Virus record (IMG/VR): IMGVR_UViG_3300023184_000131
Span: 1 to 61,015 of that record
Direction: 5' to 3' (one strand)
From: a virus
Taxonomy: Duplodnaviria > Caudoviricetes
DNA: 61,015 bases
The notes below the pieces were generated by a model. The model made no database searches. It was not told where the DNA came from and saw only the letters and a program-made list of their open reading frames with translations. Within the stretch, counting starts at the first letter, position 1; every line of letters starts with the position of its first letter. The translations under genes were made by a program, and so were the position numbers. This document shows positions 39,912 through 50,509 of the stretch, piece after piece.

Positions 39912-42900
39912 GTGGCTGTTACAACGCAAGAAGAGATTTTATCTGGCATACTACCAAGAGTATCGTTTGAAAAGATTAGCTTATCAAATACTCCTACAGG
40001 CTTAGAAGTCAATATTGAATTAAATATAAAAGAAGTATTAGATAATAATTTCTTTGGTAGCTGGTTTGATGACATAAAAATTAAAAGATATATTTTAATA
40101 GACGTCATACAGTCAACAGATAAAGGAATGACAGAAGCTCTATCTTTTTCAAACGATATGATACAACTTTGTAATCTTTCAAGATCTAATAGAAATAATA
40201 CAAATGATATAAGAGTTAGAGCACTTTCATATCTAACTGGAAAAAAAAGACTTAGTGAATTACTAGGTTTATTAGAAACTAAAACTACAAGAAATACCAT
40301 TTCTCTTAATGGAGATGATCGGAATAATATTGATATTAAAAATTATCCTTCATATACTAACAGTGATGGAGAAAAAGTATATCAAATTTCTTATAAAACA
40401 AGATTTACAATAGCTGATAATATAGAACCAAAACACTTGGCTTATTTTGCGGTATGTTCTATAGACATTCAATCATTATGCTCTGAATTAGAAATTGATT
40501 ATGACGTAGCAGAATCGTTTGAAGAAAACGGAAAAGTAGTATCAGAAATAGTAATAGAAGATTCTAAAATTGCTGGATATAGCTATCTTTACGTTGATGA
40601 AAACGGTGTAGCTTGGTCCGGTCCAATTCATCAAAATGATGCTGGAGTATGGAGAAGTGGTGATGATGAAAGTCCCCAATCGATAACACTTTCAAAGATT
40701 ACAGTATCTAATACAAAAATACAAGACTTTAGAAATTTTGATGAAATAGAGAGAATGATATTAGATTTTAATCAGCAAACAAGTGGTGTCAATGGACTGA
40801 TAGCAAATTCTTTTAATCGATTAAAACAATTTACCAAAATACAATCAGTTGACTATAAACCAGATAGACGTCTTTCACAGTTTACTGATATTTTTTCTTC
40901 AATTGATTCAAATGGAGACGTGAAATTTTTATTCGGTATTGATTTTATGAATGTTCTGAAGAATTATTCTAAGTTTTCAAAACTTTATGATTCAAACAAT
41001 CAAACATTTAAATCAGAATCAATACGTAATACAAAAATATTAGATTTAAAATTATACAGAAGAAGAATAAAAAATAATATTTCATCAAATAACTCTGTTG
41101 CTAAATTAGATTTAGAAAAATTTAACGAAGAAGAATCTGATGAATTGATTTTCCAAACAAAAGACGAGTCTTGGAGAAATATTATTGATTCAAATACTCA
41201 AGAAGCGAGTATTAGAGAAACCGAACTTCTTGTTTCTAGTGATACTGAATTTATGAGATATTTTACCGGTGTAGATAAAACCTTTAAACAACTCACAGAT
41301 GGAGTTTATCAATATTATATTGAATTTGAACTAGAAGATGGTGCTATACAACTTATAAAAGACCAATTAGAAAATCTTAGTTTAGCAAAAAATCAGCTTA
41401 CTGAATATTATAATACAGTCAGTAAACCAACTATGAGGAAGTTCCTACTAGAATCACAAAATCCACATATAGATTCACCAAGAGAAACTTCGCACAACTC
41501 AGTTATAACTGATTATGGTTATGATATAGTTTTAAACAAGTTATCACCACAATTAGCAAATCGTTTAATAAATCAATATGGTGGCATCGATGCTGCTCTC
41601 TCTCCATGGGTAAGTTCTGCGACTATTTTTGAAGTGGCCTTAGATGTATTCAGTGAGAGTATTCAAACAAACGAGGATAGACTAAGTAAAATTAATTTTT
41701 TATCTACCATTTTAATGCCCAGATCCACAAATCCTAGTATTATATCAAAAATTATTGAGTTGATAAACTATATCACATCTTCTATATCAAAAACATTTGA
41801 CATAAATTTAGAAAATATAAATAGTTCTTCTCCGGTATCTCCTTTAAGCACCAGAACAAGTAAAAGCTTTAAAGTCATTAAATTCTTTAATGATATCTTT
41901 GATTCTAATACACTAAAATCTTATAACATTGATTATTTATCGGCTTCTCCAAGTGATCCCAATAGTGACGACGGTCTAAGGATTATAAATAAAAATAAAT
42001 TAAATCAAAGAGTTTCTAATGAAATGTTAAAGTTTTTTTCTGGGGAAGATTTGACTATTAATTTTCAAGGTGAACAAGAAAATGTTTCAGAGAATATAAA
42101 ATATTCTTTTTTAACTCCAACACGTTTAGATTTTAAAAATAGAGCCATACTTTTTTCTGGTATTGAAAGCGACGATGCTGAACAGATTAGAGTGATAGAA
42201 AATTTTTATAATACAGAAAATCAATATGAAAAAGCTATTTCAATATATGCAGATATACTGAATTTTAAATTAGATGTAAGTGGCAAGAACAGGCAAAGAT
42301 TGTCTGTGGCAAAACAAGAGACAAGAAATTTATCTCCAAATGAAGCAATAAATGAAGCAATAAACGAACCTGTGAAAACATCAGAAAAAATAAATGATTT
42401 ATTTTCTGACTTTGCTAATTTAACAATCAGTAGATTTAAAGTATCAACTGATGCAACACTAAACGCTAACTCTAATATAAAATCATTAAATAATTTAATG
42501 AGTTCACTTTCTTCTGGTGCGATAAGAAGTCGTCAATCAAACAATCCATCTTGTGCTTCAAATTCTTCTCATGGCATGAGCAAGATTATTTCTAATACAG
42601 AATTTGATTATGTCAAAAATTTTGCCAATAAGAGACCCAATGCCATTAGAATTGTCGAAGATAGCAGTGGCAGAAGTCACGTTCTAGGCTTCAACAGACT
42701 CAGGCCCTTTAGTGCTTCAAAATTAAATAAAATTCCGAATCAAATTAGAGCATTAATATTAAAACCAACACAACTTTCAGATAATATAAAAAATAATATA
42801 AATTATACAGGCGATTTCCAGACCTGCATAAGAAATAAAACAATAAATTATTTTAATTTTGAAATGATTGCTGAAGTTCAATTTTTGGATGGATTTGAAC

Positions 42901-43514
42901 CAATACAAGATACTGATAACTTAAACTTAAATAGTCCAATATGGAGAACGCTAGATAAGCAATATCTTGACAGTATCGTCGACGAAAAAGAAATATTATG
43001 TCGTCTAAAATCATTCCAGAACCTAGATATTAACATTAATCCATCAAACGATCTAGAAAAAAGATATTATGATAAATATTTTATCATAAAAACAGCACGA
43101 TTAACACGACAAATACCAACAGTAACTGCGATACCTGCTGTAAATCCTATAATTCGAAATTTTGAAGATGCAATAAGAAGAAATCTGCCAGGAGTAAATA
43201 TAACGCAATCTTCAAGTACACAAGCAGTACAAACAATGATTCCGGATATTATTGAAATAATAAGAACAGATAGTGCGGGTAACAAACAAACAACAATTAT
43301 TAAAGACATTAAAGATATAGCAACAAAAGATATAAATAAAAGTATAAATGCTAAAACAGGAAAATCAACAGCACCTGCCACTGCTTTTGCTGCTACTCAC
43401 GCTTTATCTTTAAGCGTTCAACAATCAAATGTAGATAACAAATTTATAAGTAGTAATCATGTTCCAAATATAAATATTGGAAAAGAGATAAGCTCGGATA
43501 TTACAAGAAACTAG
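39912..43514 (+). CDS. Large hypothetical virion protein (1200 aa)
   Basis: GAGGT SD with GTG start; inside the structural module. Confidence 0.6.
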   Translation: MAVTTQEEILSGILPRVSFEKISLSNTPTGLEVNIELNIKEVLDNNFFGSWFDDIKIKRYILIDVIQSTDKGMTEALSFSNDMIQLCNLSRSNRNNTNDIRVRALSYLTGKKRLSELLGLLETKTTRNTISLNGDDRNNIDIKNYPSYTNSDGEKVYQISYKTRFTIADNIEPKHLAYFAVCSIDIQSLCSELEIDYDVAESFEENGKVVSEIVIEDSKIAGYSYLYVDENGVAWSGPIHQNDAGVWRSGDDESPQSITLSKITVSNTKIQDFRNFDEIERMILDFNQQTSGVNGLIANSFNRLKQFTKIQSVDYKPDRRLSQFTDIFSSIDSNGDVKFLFGIDFMNVLKNYSKFSKLYDSNNQTFKSESIRNTKILDLKLYRRRIKNNISSNNSVAKLDLEKFNEEESDELIFQTKDESWRNIIDSNTQEASIRETELLVSSDTEFMRYFTGVDKTFKQLTDGVYQYYIEFELEDGAIQLIKDQLENLSLAKNQLTEYYNTVSKPTMRKFLLESQNPHIDSPRETSHNSVITDYGYDIVLNKLSPQLANRLINQYGGIDAALSPWVSSATIFEVALDVFSESIQTNEDRLSKINFLSTILMPRSTNPSIISKIIELINYITSSISKTFDINLENINSSSPVSPLSTRTSKSFKVIKFFNDIFDSNTLKSYNIDYLSASPSDPNSDDGLRIINKNKLNQRVSNEMLKFFSGEDLTINFQGEQENVSENIKYSFLTPTRLDFKNRAILFSGIESDDAEQIRVIENFYNTENQYEKAISIYADILNFKLDVSGKNRQRLSVAKQETRNLSPNEAINEAINEPVKTSEKINDLFSDFANLTISRFKVSTDATLNANSNIKSLNNLMSSLSSGAIRSRQSNNPSCASNSSHGMSKIISNTEFDYVKNFANKRPNAIRIVEDSSGRSHVLGFNRLRPFSASKLNKIPNQIRALILKPTQLSDNIKNNINYTGDFQTCIRNKTINYFNFEMIAEVQFLDGFEPIQDTDNLNLNSPIWRTLDKQYLDSIVDEKEILCRLKSFQNLDININPSNDLEKRYYDKYFIIKTARLTRQIPTVTAIPAVNPIIRNFEDAIRRNLPGVNITQSSSTQAVQTMIPDIIEIIRTDSAGNKQTTIIKDIKDIATKDINKSINAKTGKSTAPATAFAATHALSLSVQQSNVDNKFISSNHVPNINIGKEISSDITRN

Positions 43515-43537
43515 TATAATTATTTGGAGATATATAT

Positions 43538-46384
43538 ATGGCTAATGAAAATGAACGCCGAGAAGCTGATCGATTAGCGCAAGAAGCACAACAACGAGCC
43601 AGTGGTCAAACTGGTGGTGTTGAATTTACAGGTGGTAAACGAGACTTCTTAGACGCAAGAGATTGGAGAGCTGAATTAGGATTTAGAAGTAGTTGTAGAG
43701 AACTGGAAAATATTTTATCAAAAATTAAAGATCAAAAGATTGAAGACGATACCTCGCAACAGCCCACATCGTCTCAATTTCCTGATTTTCCTTTGAGTAC
43801 AGCTGTAAGCGCATCGATTGCGCCAAGCGTTCCTTTTTTTGATCCTATCACAGGAAACATAATAAGCTCACAACAACCACCAGATCCTTCTGAAGATGCA
43901 ATAAATGCTTTAGATTCTCTATCTCAACAATCTATAATCCCAAATCTACTAGATTTCAAAGATTCTCCTTTTCTTGGTTTAGGCAGAACTGCAACAATAA
44001 TTGATAGAGTAGATTATGCCGTACCGATAGGTAACATTGAAAGAGATTATGGTATAGAAAAGAGTTTGATTATAGATCATATAAAGAATTTTAATGGTTC
44101 TTTTTACGTCCTTGATACAAATTCAAATTTAAAATTTTATAAAGATTTATCAATTCCACAAAAACATTATATATCAAGATTAAACGAGTCTAATCAAATT
44201 GGCAATAAAGCAACCTTATACAGTGCTTCTATGGAAACTCACTCTTTTATATTTGAAGAAGGTCTGAGAGTTACAAGAAGCGCAGATAGTTCTAGATTTA
44301 AAGATAAATTTATCTCAGGAAAATCTTTTACCGGTTCAATAGCAAATCAAAACAAAGATAACTTTAAATTTGAAAAGTTGGTAAATGAAAATATTGTCTT
44401 ACGTGATAATACATTTTCTTTACAAATGCCTTTTGAAAATTCAGAAATGTTAAATACTCTTAATTTAATTGGTACGTCTGTTGTTGACATAAAAGAAAAT
44501 TATAATTTTTATATTAAAGAATATGAAAAAATTGCGACAAAATCATATTCTAATTCACAAGAAAATATTTTACCAAATTTATATATTTTAAATGCGATAT
44601 TGGAAGAAAAAACACAAGAAAAAGATTTCTTGTCATCGTTAGCAAGATTAGATGGTCGACTAGAATCCGGAAACCGATTTCTATTAAACAACTCTGAAAA
44701 AATTATCTTTGGTATAAAAGACAGTATTGGTGAATATTTTGATTTATTTGGATTAAATTATGAAGATTTGTTGGAAAACAATAAAACACTACATAATTCT
44801 TACAAAGAAAAGCTCAGTAATATTATAATATTGTCAGATGAGACAAGCAAACTAAACGAAATAAATAAGAAAAAATACATGTTTCCAATGTCTGTGGAAT
44901 TATCTATACCAACAGATAAAACAACAACCATAACAAGAACTCTTATGGATTCTGACTTAATGGATAGCTTCATTTTAAAGCTATACGATTTATATATAAA
45001 TAACAGGTTTGTTGCCAAAGAATCCGTGATAACAGAACAATTATTTACTCAAGAAATCAATCCTAGCAATCAACAGTCAGAAATAGTACAAACATTTAGT
45101 TCTAAAATAAAAAGTATAAATAGTGTAAATATTTCTGATTTATTAGAAGAAATTAAACAGAATCCAATAAACTTAAATACATCAAGATATACAGTTATAG
45201 GTGATACAACAAAATACATGAGAACAAATATGGACTCTATGACTTTTGTGAATGGTCTAAGAAATATTATTTTTAATTCAAAATTAAATACATTTGTAAA
45301 AAATAACTATAGAACTTATAAAGATGTTTTAGATGGTAAGAAGTGTTATAATGAAACTGTGGCTTATAGAGTTTCTAAATATGAAAAAGATAGCAATATT
45401 CCAATACAAAATTATTGGTTTGCAAACAATCCCGATTTAGATTTCTTGAACATTGTCGACACACAGGTTAAGTACGAAAAAGAATATACATATAAAATAT
45501 TTGCCTATCAGTTTATCTTAGGAAACAAGATAAAGCAAAAAATCAATACTTCCGGAACATCAGACCAAAATTTTAAAATTGATGTAGAAAATCTACCAGA
45601 AGCAAATTTAATAGAAGTTGAATTAATTTCAACAATAAAAAGAGTCGCTGACACTCCTCCGTTGTCCCCAGAAATATTGTTTGTTCCTTATCAAGGAGTT
45701 GATAACAAAATTGGGCTATTTTTGAATGGTAGAACTGGAGAAGAAAAATTAGAGCCAATTAATATCCTAGAAAAAGACCGAGCTGTAACTTCTTTATATA
45801 GAAAAAATCTAAACAACACTGTTTTATATAAATCAGATGATATAGCAAAAAGATTTGAAATTATGAGATTAGATAACAAACCAAATTATTATCAAGATTT
45901 TTCAAAAGGTTATATAAAGACGGCCAATACAGATATAGATCCGGCAACCACGCAAGATGCAAGTGCTGCAGCTTTTATGGATACCATTCAACCAAATAAA
46001 AAATACTATTATTGTTTTAGAGCTATTGATACTCATGAAAAAATATCTAATCCAACTCAAATATTCGAAGTTGAAATGATAAATGAAAAAGGAATGGTTT
46101 TTCCCGTAATTAAAAACTACGAGTTTGAAAAACCAGCTTATACTAACGCAAAAGAGATTCGTAGATTTATAAAAATAAAACCAGCGTCTCAACACACTTT
46201 CTTGAATAGAGAAGTCTCACAAATAGAAAACGACATAACAGCGGAACAATCATTAGGAAAAATAAATATTGGATTGTCAGACGTCGCTGTACCTTGGGGA
46301 AAAACATTTAAAATGGTTTTAACTTCAAAACAAACCGGTAAAAAATGTGAATTTAAGTTTAAATTTAAATACAAAACAGAATAA
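43538..46384 (+). CDS. Large hypothetical virion protein with FN3-like C-terminal motifs
   Basis: DTQVKYEKEYTYKIFAY and DTIQPNKKYYYCFRAID. Confidence 0.6.
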   Translation: MANENERREADRLAQEAQQRASGQTGGVEFTGGKRDFLDARDWRAELGFRSSCRELENILSKIKDQKIEDDTSQQPTSSQFPDFPLSTAVSASIAPSVPFFDPITGNIISSQQPPDPSEDAINALDSLSQQSIIPNLLDFKDSPFLGLGRTATIIDRVDYAVPIGNIERDYGIEKSLIIDHIKNFNGSFYVLDTNSNLKFYKDLSIPQKHYISRLNESNQIGNKATLYSASMETHSFIFEEGLRVTRSADSSRFKDKFISGKSFTGSIANQNKDNFKFEKLVNENIVLRDNTFSLQMPFENSEMLNTLNLIGTSVVDIKENYNFYIKEYEKIATKSYSNSQENILPNLYILNAILEEKTQEKDFLSSLARLDGRLESGNRFLLNNSEKIIFGIKDSIGEYFDLFGLNYEDLLENNKTLHNSYKEKLSNIIILSDETSKLNEINKKKYMFPMSVELSIPTDKTTTITRTLMDSDLMDSFILKLYDLYINNRFVAKESVITEQLFTQEINPSNQQSEIVQTFSSKIKSINSVNISDLLEEIKQNPINLNTSRYTVIGDTTKYMRTNMDSMTFVNGLRNIIFNSKLNTFVKNNYRTYKDVLDGKKCYNETVAYRVSKYEKDSNIPIQNYWFANNPDLDFLNIVDTQVKYEKEYTYKIFAYQFILGNKIKQKINTSGTSDQNFKIDVENLPEANLIEVELISTIKRVADTPPLSPEILFVPYQGVDNKIGLFLNGRTGEEKLEPINILEKDRAVTSLYRKNLNNTVLYKSDDIAKRFEIMRLDNKPNYYQDFSKGYIKTANTDIDPATTQDASAAAFMDTIQPNKKYYYCFRAIDTHEKISNPTQIFEVEMINEKGMVFPVIKNYEFEKPAYTNAKEIRRFIKIKPASQHTFLNREVSQIENDITAEQSLGKINIGLSDVAVPWGKTFKMVLTSKQTGKKCEFKFKFKYKTE

Positions 46385-46423
46385 TATCCATAAAACACTA
46401 TTTATACCGTAGGAGAACATATA

Positions 46424-47356
46424 ATGGCATTTCTTGATAACTCAGGTGATATAATATTAGACGCTGTACTAACAGATACAGGAAGATACAGGCTGGCAAA
46501 AGGTGACGGAAGTTTTAGAATTGCCAAGTTTGCTCTTGGAGATGATGAAATAAATTATCGTCTTTACGATAAAAATAATGCATCTGGTTCTGCTTATTAT
46601 GATTTAAGCATCCTGCAAACGCCTATTCTAGAAGCATTTACAGACAATGCTGCTAGTCTTAAATCAAAATTGATGACAATATCAAGAAACAACTTATTGT
46701 ATTTACCAGTTTTAAAATTAAATGAAAAAAATCCCGGCAACCAAAGACATAGTACTAATTCATTTTTAGTTGCTGTTGATGTAGATACGGAAAATAAAAT
46801 GGTAACCAACGTAGGCACTGTTACTGGGGTAATAAAAGGTTTAAATACAAGAACCTCACCAAATTTTATAAGAGTAGACCAAGGTTTAGATACAAACTAT
46901 GCAATATCTGCCGAGTTTCCTATTGATCCGGATTTGCTTGAAACTCAATATATAATAGAAATAGATAATCGTCTTGGTAGTATAATTTCACAAGCTTCCG
47001 ACACACCTGCAAGAGCATCGTATATAGATGATGATAACATGGCTAGTTATTTTTTCTCATTTGGAACTGATTCTTTATTTGTTGTAGGAAATGATGATAC
47101 ATCAAACGAAGCAAGCAATGGTCAAATAATAACCGGCCCAAGAGGAACAACATTAAAATTTTCTATAAAATCGTCAATTGATTTACAGACAACAACTTTT
47201 TTGTTTGATCAATTAGGTAGCACCACTGTTATAACAGACGCAACAGGCACTCCGCCAGTTAAATACATTGATACCAATGTTAGAGTAATTGGCGCTACAA
47301 CAGGTTATAGAATTGATATTCCTGTAAGATTTATAAAATATGTGACGATAGTTTAG
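46424..47356 (+). CDS. Virion structural protein (tail collar or baseplate-like)
   Basis: AGGAG SD; DAVLTDTGR...FALGDDEINY. Confidence 0.65.
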   Translation: MAFLDNSGDIILDAVLTDTGRYRLAKGDGSFRIAKFALGDDEINYRLYDKNNASGSAYYDLSILQTPILEAFTDNAASLKSKLMTISRNNLLYLPVLKLNEKNPGNQRHSTNSFLVAVDVDTENKMVTNVGTVTGVIKGLNTRTSPNFIRVDQGLDTNYAISAEFPIDPDLLETQYIIEIDNRLGSIISQASDTPARASYIDDDNMASYFFSFGTDSLFVVGNDDTSNEASNGQIITGPRGTTLKFSIKSSIDLQTTTFLFDQLGSTTVITDATGTPPVKYIDTNVRVIGATTGYRIDIPVRFIKYVTIV

Positions 47357-47365
47357 GAGATTAAG

Positions 47366-48385
47366 ATGGCAACAATATATAAGACATTTTTGAATAACGA
47401 CGTTGTTTCAACGAGAACATTATTGCACGAATCAATCCCAGTTACAGGAACAATAGTTTCGGGGACATATTCTGATAATAATATTAAAAATTATGCTCAC
47501 GGCATGTTTCAATCGGTATATGATTATCCTTATTTAAGTTCTTCAGCAAATCATATATTTGATATTACTGTTGGTTTAAGTACGAAATCAGGATTATCAA
47601 GTTCGTTAAATCAACAAAATAACAAAAAAATAAACATTTACAATCAAATGGCACAAGTTCTTGTAGGTAATGATATTACCGGTAGTATTCTTGAATTTGA
47701 TAGAGATGGAAACATACTAGAAACTAATGACAAACTAAGCGAAGTTTTCTTTGTAAACTTTTCAAGACTTCTTGTCAAAGATGAAGTTAAAAAAGATACT
47801 TTTAGGTTAAGTCTCGGAACCGGTTCGTTTGGAACTCCTTTTGCCGGAACAGTAAAAGTTGTTGGCGATTATGGTGCACAAAATGAATATCGCGTAAATT
47901 CACCAGCTGGTGAATACGGTATATTATATACCGGTTCTGCGGCAGTTGAAGGAACTGGTGTTGGGCTATTGTTTTATCAAGCGGGTATTGCAGTACTTAC
48001 TGCTTCATTATTTAGTGGAGCAACAATGACTGGTTCAACTGGTGATGTAAGTAATCTTTTCCAAACAAGTTCAATGCAAGCTGCAGCAGACTGTTTGAGA
48101 TCAAGAATTTACAATATTGATTTTAACAATACAACTGAACTTAATTCAACGATTTATTTCTGCAGATTAAATCATAATGAATTTAACTACAGTTCAAATC
48201 CAACTTATTTAAGTTCAAGCAAGATTATTGTCAAGAACAATTCTATTGACAATCCAGTTAGTTATCTAACTTCTGTTGGTCTTTATTCTTCAGACAATGA
48301 ATTGCTTGCTGTTGCTAAATTAAGTGAACCTCTCAAAAAAGATCCAACGAATGAGATGATTTTAAGAGTTAGACTTGATTACTGA
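47366..48385 (+). CDS. Virion structural protein
   Basis: FNYSSNPTY...VGLYSSDNELLAVAKLSEPLKK...VRLDY. Confidence 0.65.
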   Translation: MATIYKTFLNNDVVSTRTLLHESIPVTGTIVSGTYSDNNIKNYAHGMFQSVYDYPYLSSSANHIFDITVGLSTKSGLSSSLNQQNNKKINIYNQMAQVLVGNDITGSILEFDRDGNILETNDKLSEVFFVNFSRLLVKDEVKKDTFRLSLGTGSFGTPFAGTVKVVGDYGAQNEYRVNSPAGEYGILYTGSAAVEGTGVGLLFYQAGIAVLTASLFSGATMTGSTGDVSNLFQTSSMQAAADCLRSRIYNIDFNNTTELNSTIYFCRLNHNEFNYSSNPTYLSSSKIIVKNNSIDNPVSYLTSVGLYSSDNELLAVAKLSEPLKKDPTNEMILRVRLDY

Positions 48386-48415
48386 TTTTACACAGTAAAA
48401 ATCAACAAAACAAAG

Positions 48416-48444
48416 AAACTGCCTATTTATTTTAGGCAGTTTTT
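48416..48444 (+). terminator. Terminator-like hairpin
   Basis: AAACTGCCTA-TTTATTT-TAGGCAGTTT followed by TT. Confidence 0.65.
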
Positions 48445-48448
48445 ATTT

Positions 48449-49405
48449 ATGGCAAGACCAAAACAATTTATAACAAAAGACGGAAATCTTAATAATTTTA
48501 AGACAGTCTCGGCAAACGACTTCAGCCAATTTCAATATGGCGATGTTATTACCGGTTCTGAATATCCATATGTCGCAAATATCATTAGATATCATGTTTA
48601 TGATGCTCAAAATAGAAATTATATCAAAGCATTAAAAAATACACTAGATTATTATATACATGCAAGTCCTAACTTTGCTTATAGTTCTTCTGTTGGAAAC
48701 AAAGAAGTGCAAGAATTAAGTCTTGTGTCAATACCCTCTATTTTTTATGGTTCTTCAATTCGTAAAGGCAGTATAAATTGTAAGTGGTATTTAACCGGAA
48801 CTCTTATTGCAGAACTGGAAGATGTAAATAGAAATGGAGAATTAATCCAAGTTGGACCAAGTGGAAGTAACGGCTCAGGAAGTGTTGCTGGCGTTGTTTT
48901 ATATAAAGAAGGCTTTATACTATTAACTGGATCTTGGTCCTTGCATCCCACATATACAGATAGATTTGGACTTGATTCATCCTTTTACGAACCATCTTGG
49001 AAGTATTTTATGAATACTGGTTCTTCTGAAATAAACCTCACTCCTTCTTCTAGCTTTTTATTAGATTTTGAAGGAACAAATTATATACCAACCATAACAA
49101 TGTTGGCCCATGCTCAACAGGGTGAATTAAATCACTCAAATAATCCCACGTATATTGAATATGGTCAAAATCAACAAATAACTACGGGAAGTTATGGATA
49201 TATAGAAAACAGCAGTACACTAATAAAAAATATGGTTAGTTCATCATTTGTAGATGAAGAACCTGATTTTAAGAAAACAACTTATATTTCAAAAATAGCA
49301 ATATACGACGAGCAGAAAAATTTAATAGGGATTGCAAAACTAGCAAATCCAGTAAGAAAAAGAGAACTGGATAGTTACACCTTTAAATTAAAGATGGATT
49401 TATAA
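48449..49405 (+). CDS. Virion structural protein, paralog of 47366 protein
   Basis: NHSNNPTY...IAIYDEQKNLIGIAKLANPVRK...KLKMDL. Confidence 0.65.
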   Translation: MARPKQFITKDGNLNNFKTVSANDFSQFQYGDVITGSEYPYVANIIRYHVYDAQNRNYIKALKNTLDYYIHASPNFAYSSSVGNKEVQELSLVSIPSIFYGSSIRKGSINCKWYLTGTLIAELEDVNRNGELIQVGPSGSNGSGSVAGVVLYKEGFILLTGSWSLHPTYTDRFGLDSSFYEPSWKYFMNTGSSEINLTPSSSFLLDFEGTNYIPTITMLAHAQQGELNHSNNPTYIEYGQNQQITTGSYGYIENSSTLIKNMVSSSFVDEEPDFKKTTYISKIAIYDEQKNLIGIAKLANPVRKRELDSYTFKLKMDL

Positions 49406-49406
49406 G

Positions 49407-49658
49407 ATGTTAAAAAAGTTTGAAAGTAGCGACATATTTGTAAACCGTATAAAAGCTTATCCAAGAGTAAGAGTACTTACTTATTCCGGAAGTCTGTATT
49501 ACAATAATGACTCTTTTTCTCAAGACGGCGTTAAAATAAATGATTTTTTGATGGAACCGATTGCAGTTACGCCAAGCCCAATTCCATTAACAGTTTTAGC
49601 AACTGAAGACGGACAATATCTATTAACAGAAGATGGAACTTTTATAATAATAGAATAA
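49407..49658 (+). CDS. Small structural protein
   Basis: Operonic; C-terminal LATEDGQYLLTEDG repeat. Confidence 0.55.
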   Translation: MLKKFESSDIFVNRIKAYPRVRVLTYSGSLYYNNDSFSQDGVKINDFLMEPIAVTPSPIPLTVLATEDGQYLLTEDGTFIIIE

Positions 49659-49686
49659 CTAATTATACACATTAGAGGATTTATAG

Positions 49687-50490
49687 ATGTCAGTAAAAAT
49701 TTCAGAATTAACAGCTTCTTCTGCGGTAACTTCAAACGACTTTGTTCCTATTGTTGACTACGAAACAGTAACAACAAAAAGAGCTTCAGCTAGTCAAATC
49801 CTTGATTATATCACTGGATCATCGTTCAATTCTTTAACAGTTATAGAATTAACTGCATCAAACATAACCGGTTCTGTTGCTAAGTTTACTACCATATCTG
49901 GTTCAACAGTTACTGGTTCAACAGCTTTGTTTACCACTATATCTGGTTCAACAATTACTGGAAGTTTAGCCAAATTTACTACATTAAGTGCAAGTGCTGC
50001 TGAGTTTAGTGGCAGTGTCTTGATCTACGGTACAGCCAGCTTATCTTCAAATCCATCTGCTGCTTATATCATATATTCTAGTTCTTTAGACAAGCTAGTC
50101 GCATTTCCTGGCTTGTATGTGAGTGGTAATTTAACTGGCAGTGGACTTGGAGCATTCCAAACTGTTTCTGCTTCAAATTATTTAGGTTTACCACCTTCAT
50201 CTTTTGATTTAACAAAAATATCCGTCAGTTCTTCTGTTTCTCTGTCAATAACACAAAGAGCGGTATTTGCTAAAAATAATACAAGTTCATCAGTTTCTGT
50301 CACTCTACCAAGTGCTTCATTGGCTGATTCAAAAGAATATTATATAATAAAAGCTGATTCGCTTACCGGTTCTGTAATTATATCTGGTAGCTCTCCAAAT
50401 TTAATAAATGGTCAGGCTACCTATGAATTAAATGGTCCTTATCAATCGGTTACTTTAATTCATGATGGCGTAGACTGGTTTATATTCTAA
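49687..50490 (+). CDS. Tail fibre or appendage protein
   Basis: MSVKISEL...PIVD...TKR N-terminus; 15-aa repeats; C-terminal LNGPYQSVTL..DG..W. Confidence 0.7.
   Translation: MSVKISELTASSAVTSNDFVPIVDYETVTTKRASASQILDYITGSSFNSLTVIELTASNITGSVAKFTTISGSTVTGSTALFTTISGSTITGSLAKFTTLSASAAEFSGSVLIYGTASLSSNPSAAYIIYSSSLDKLVAFPGLYVSGNLTGSGLGAFQTVSASNYLGLPPSSFDLTKISVSSSVSLSITQRAVFAKNNTSSSVSVTLPSASLADSKEYYIIKADSLTGSVIISGSSPNLINGQATYELNGPYQSVTLIHDGVDWFIF
49864..49998 (+). repeat. 45-bp (15-aa) tandem repeat x3
   Basis: ITGSVAKFTTISGST / VTGSTALFTTISGST / ITGSLAKFTTLSASA. Confidence 0.75.
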
Positions 50491-50509
50491 ATTATAGGGG
50501 ATTTTTAAA

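Noticed and set aside
42339-42368. 12-bp tandem repeat AATGAAGCAATA
   Set aside because: Short in-frame duplication with no evident function.
46424-48385. Major capsid or tail sheath assignment
   Set aside because: No HK97 or sheath motifs recognised; motifs fit collar or baseplate-type proteins better.
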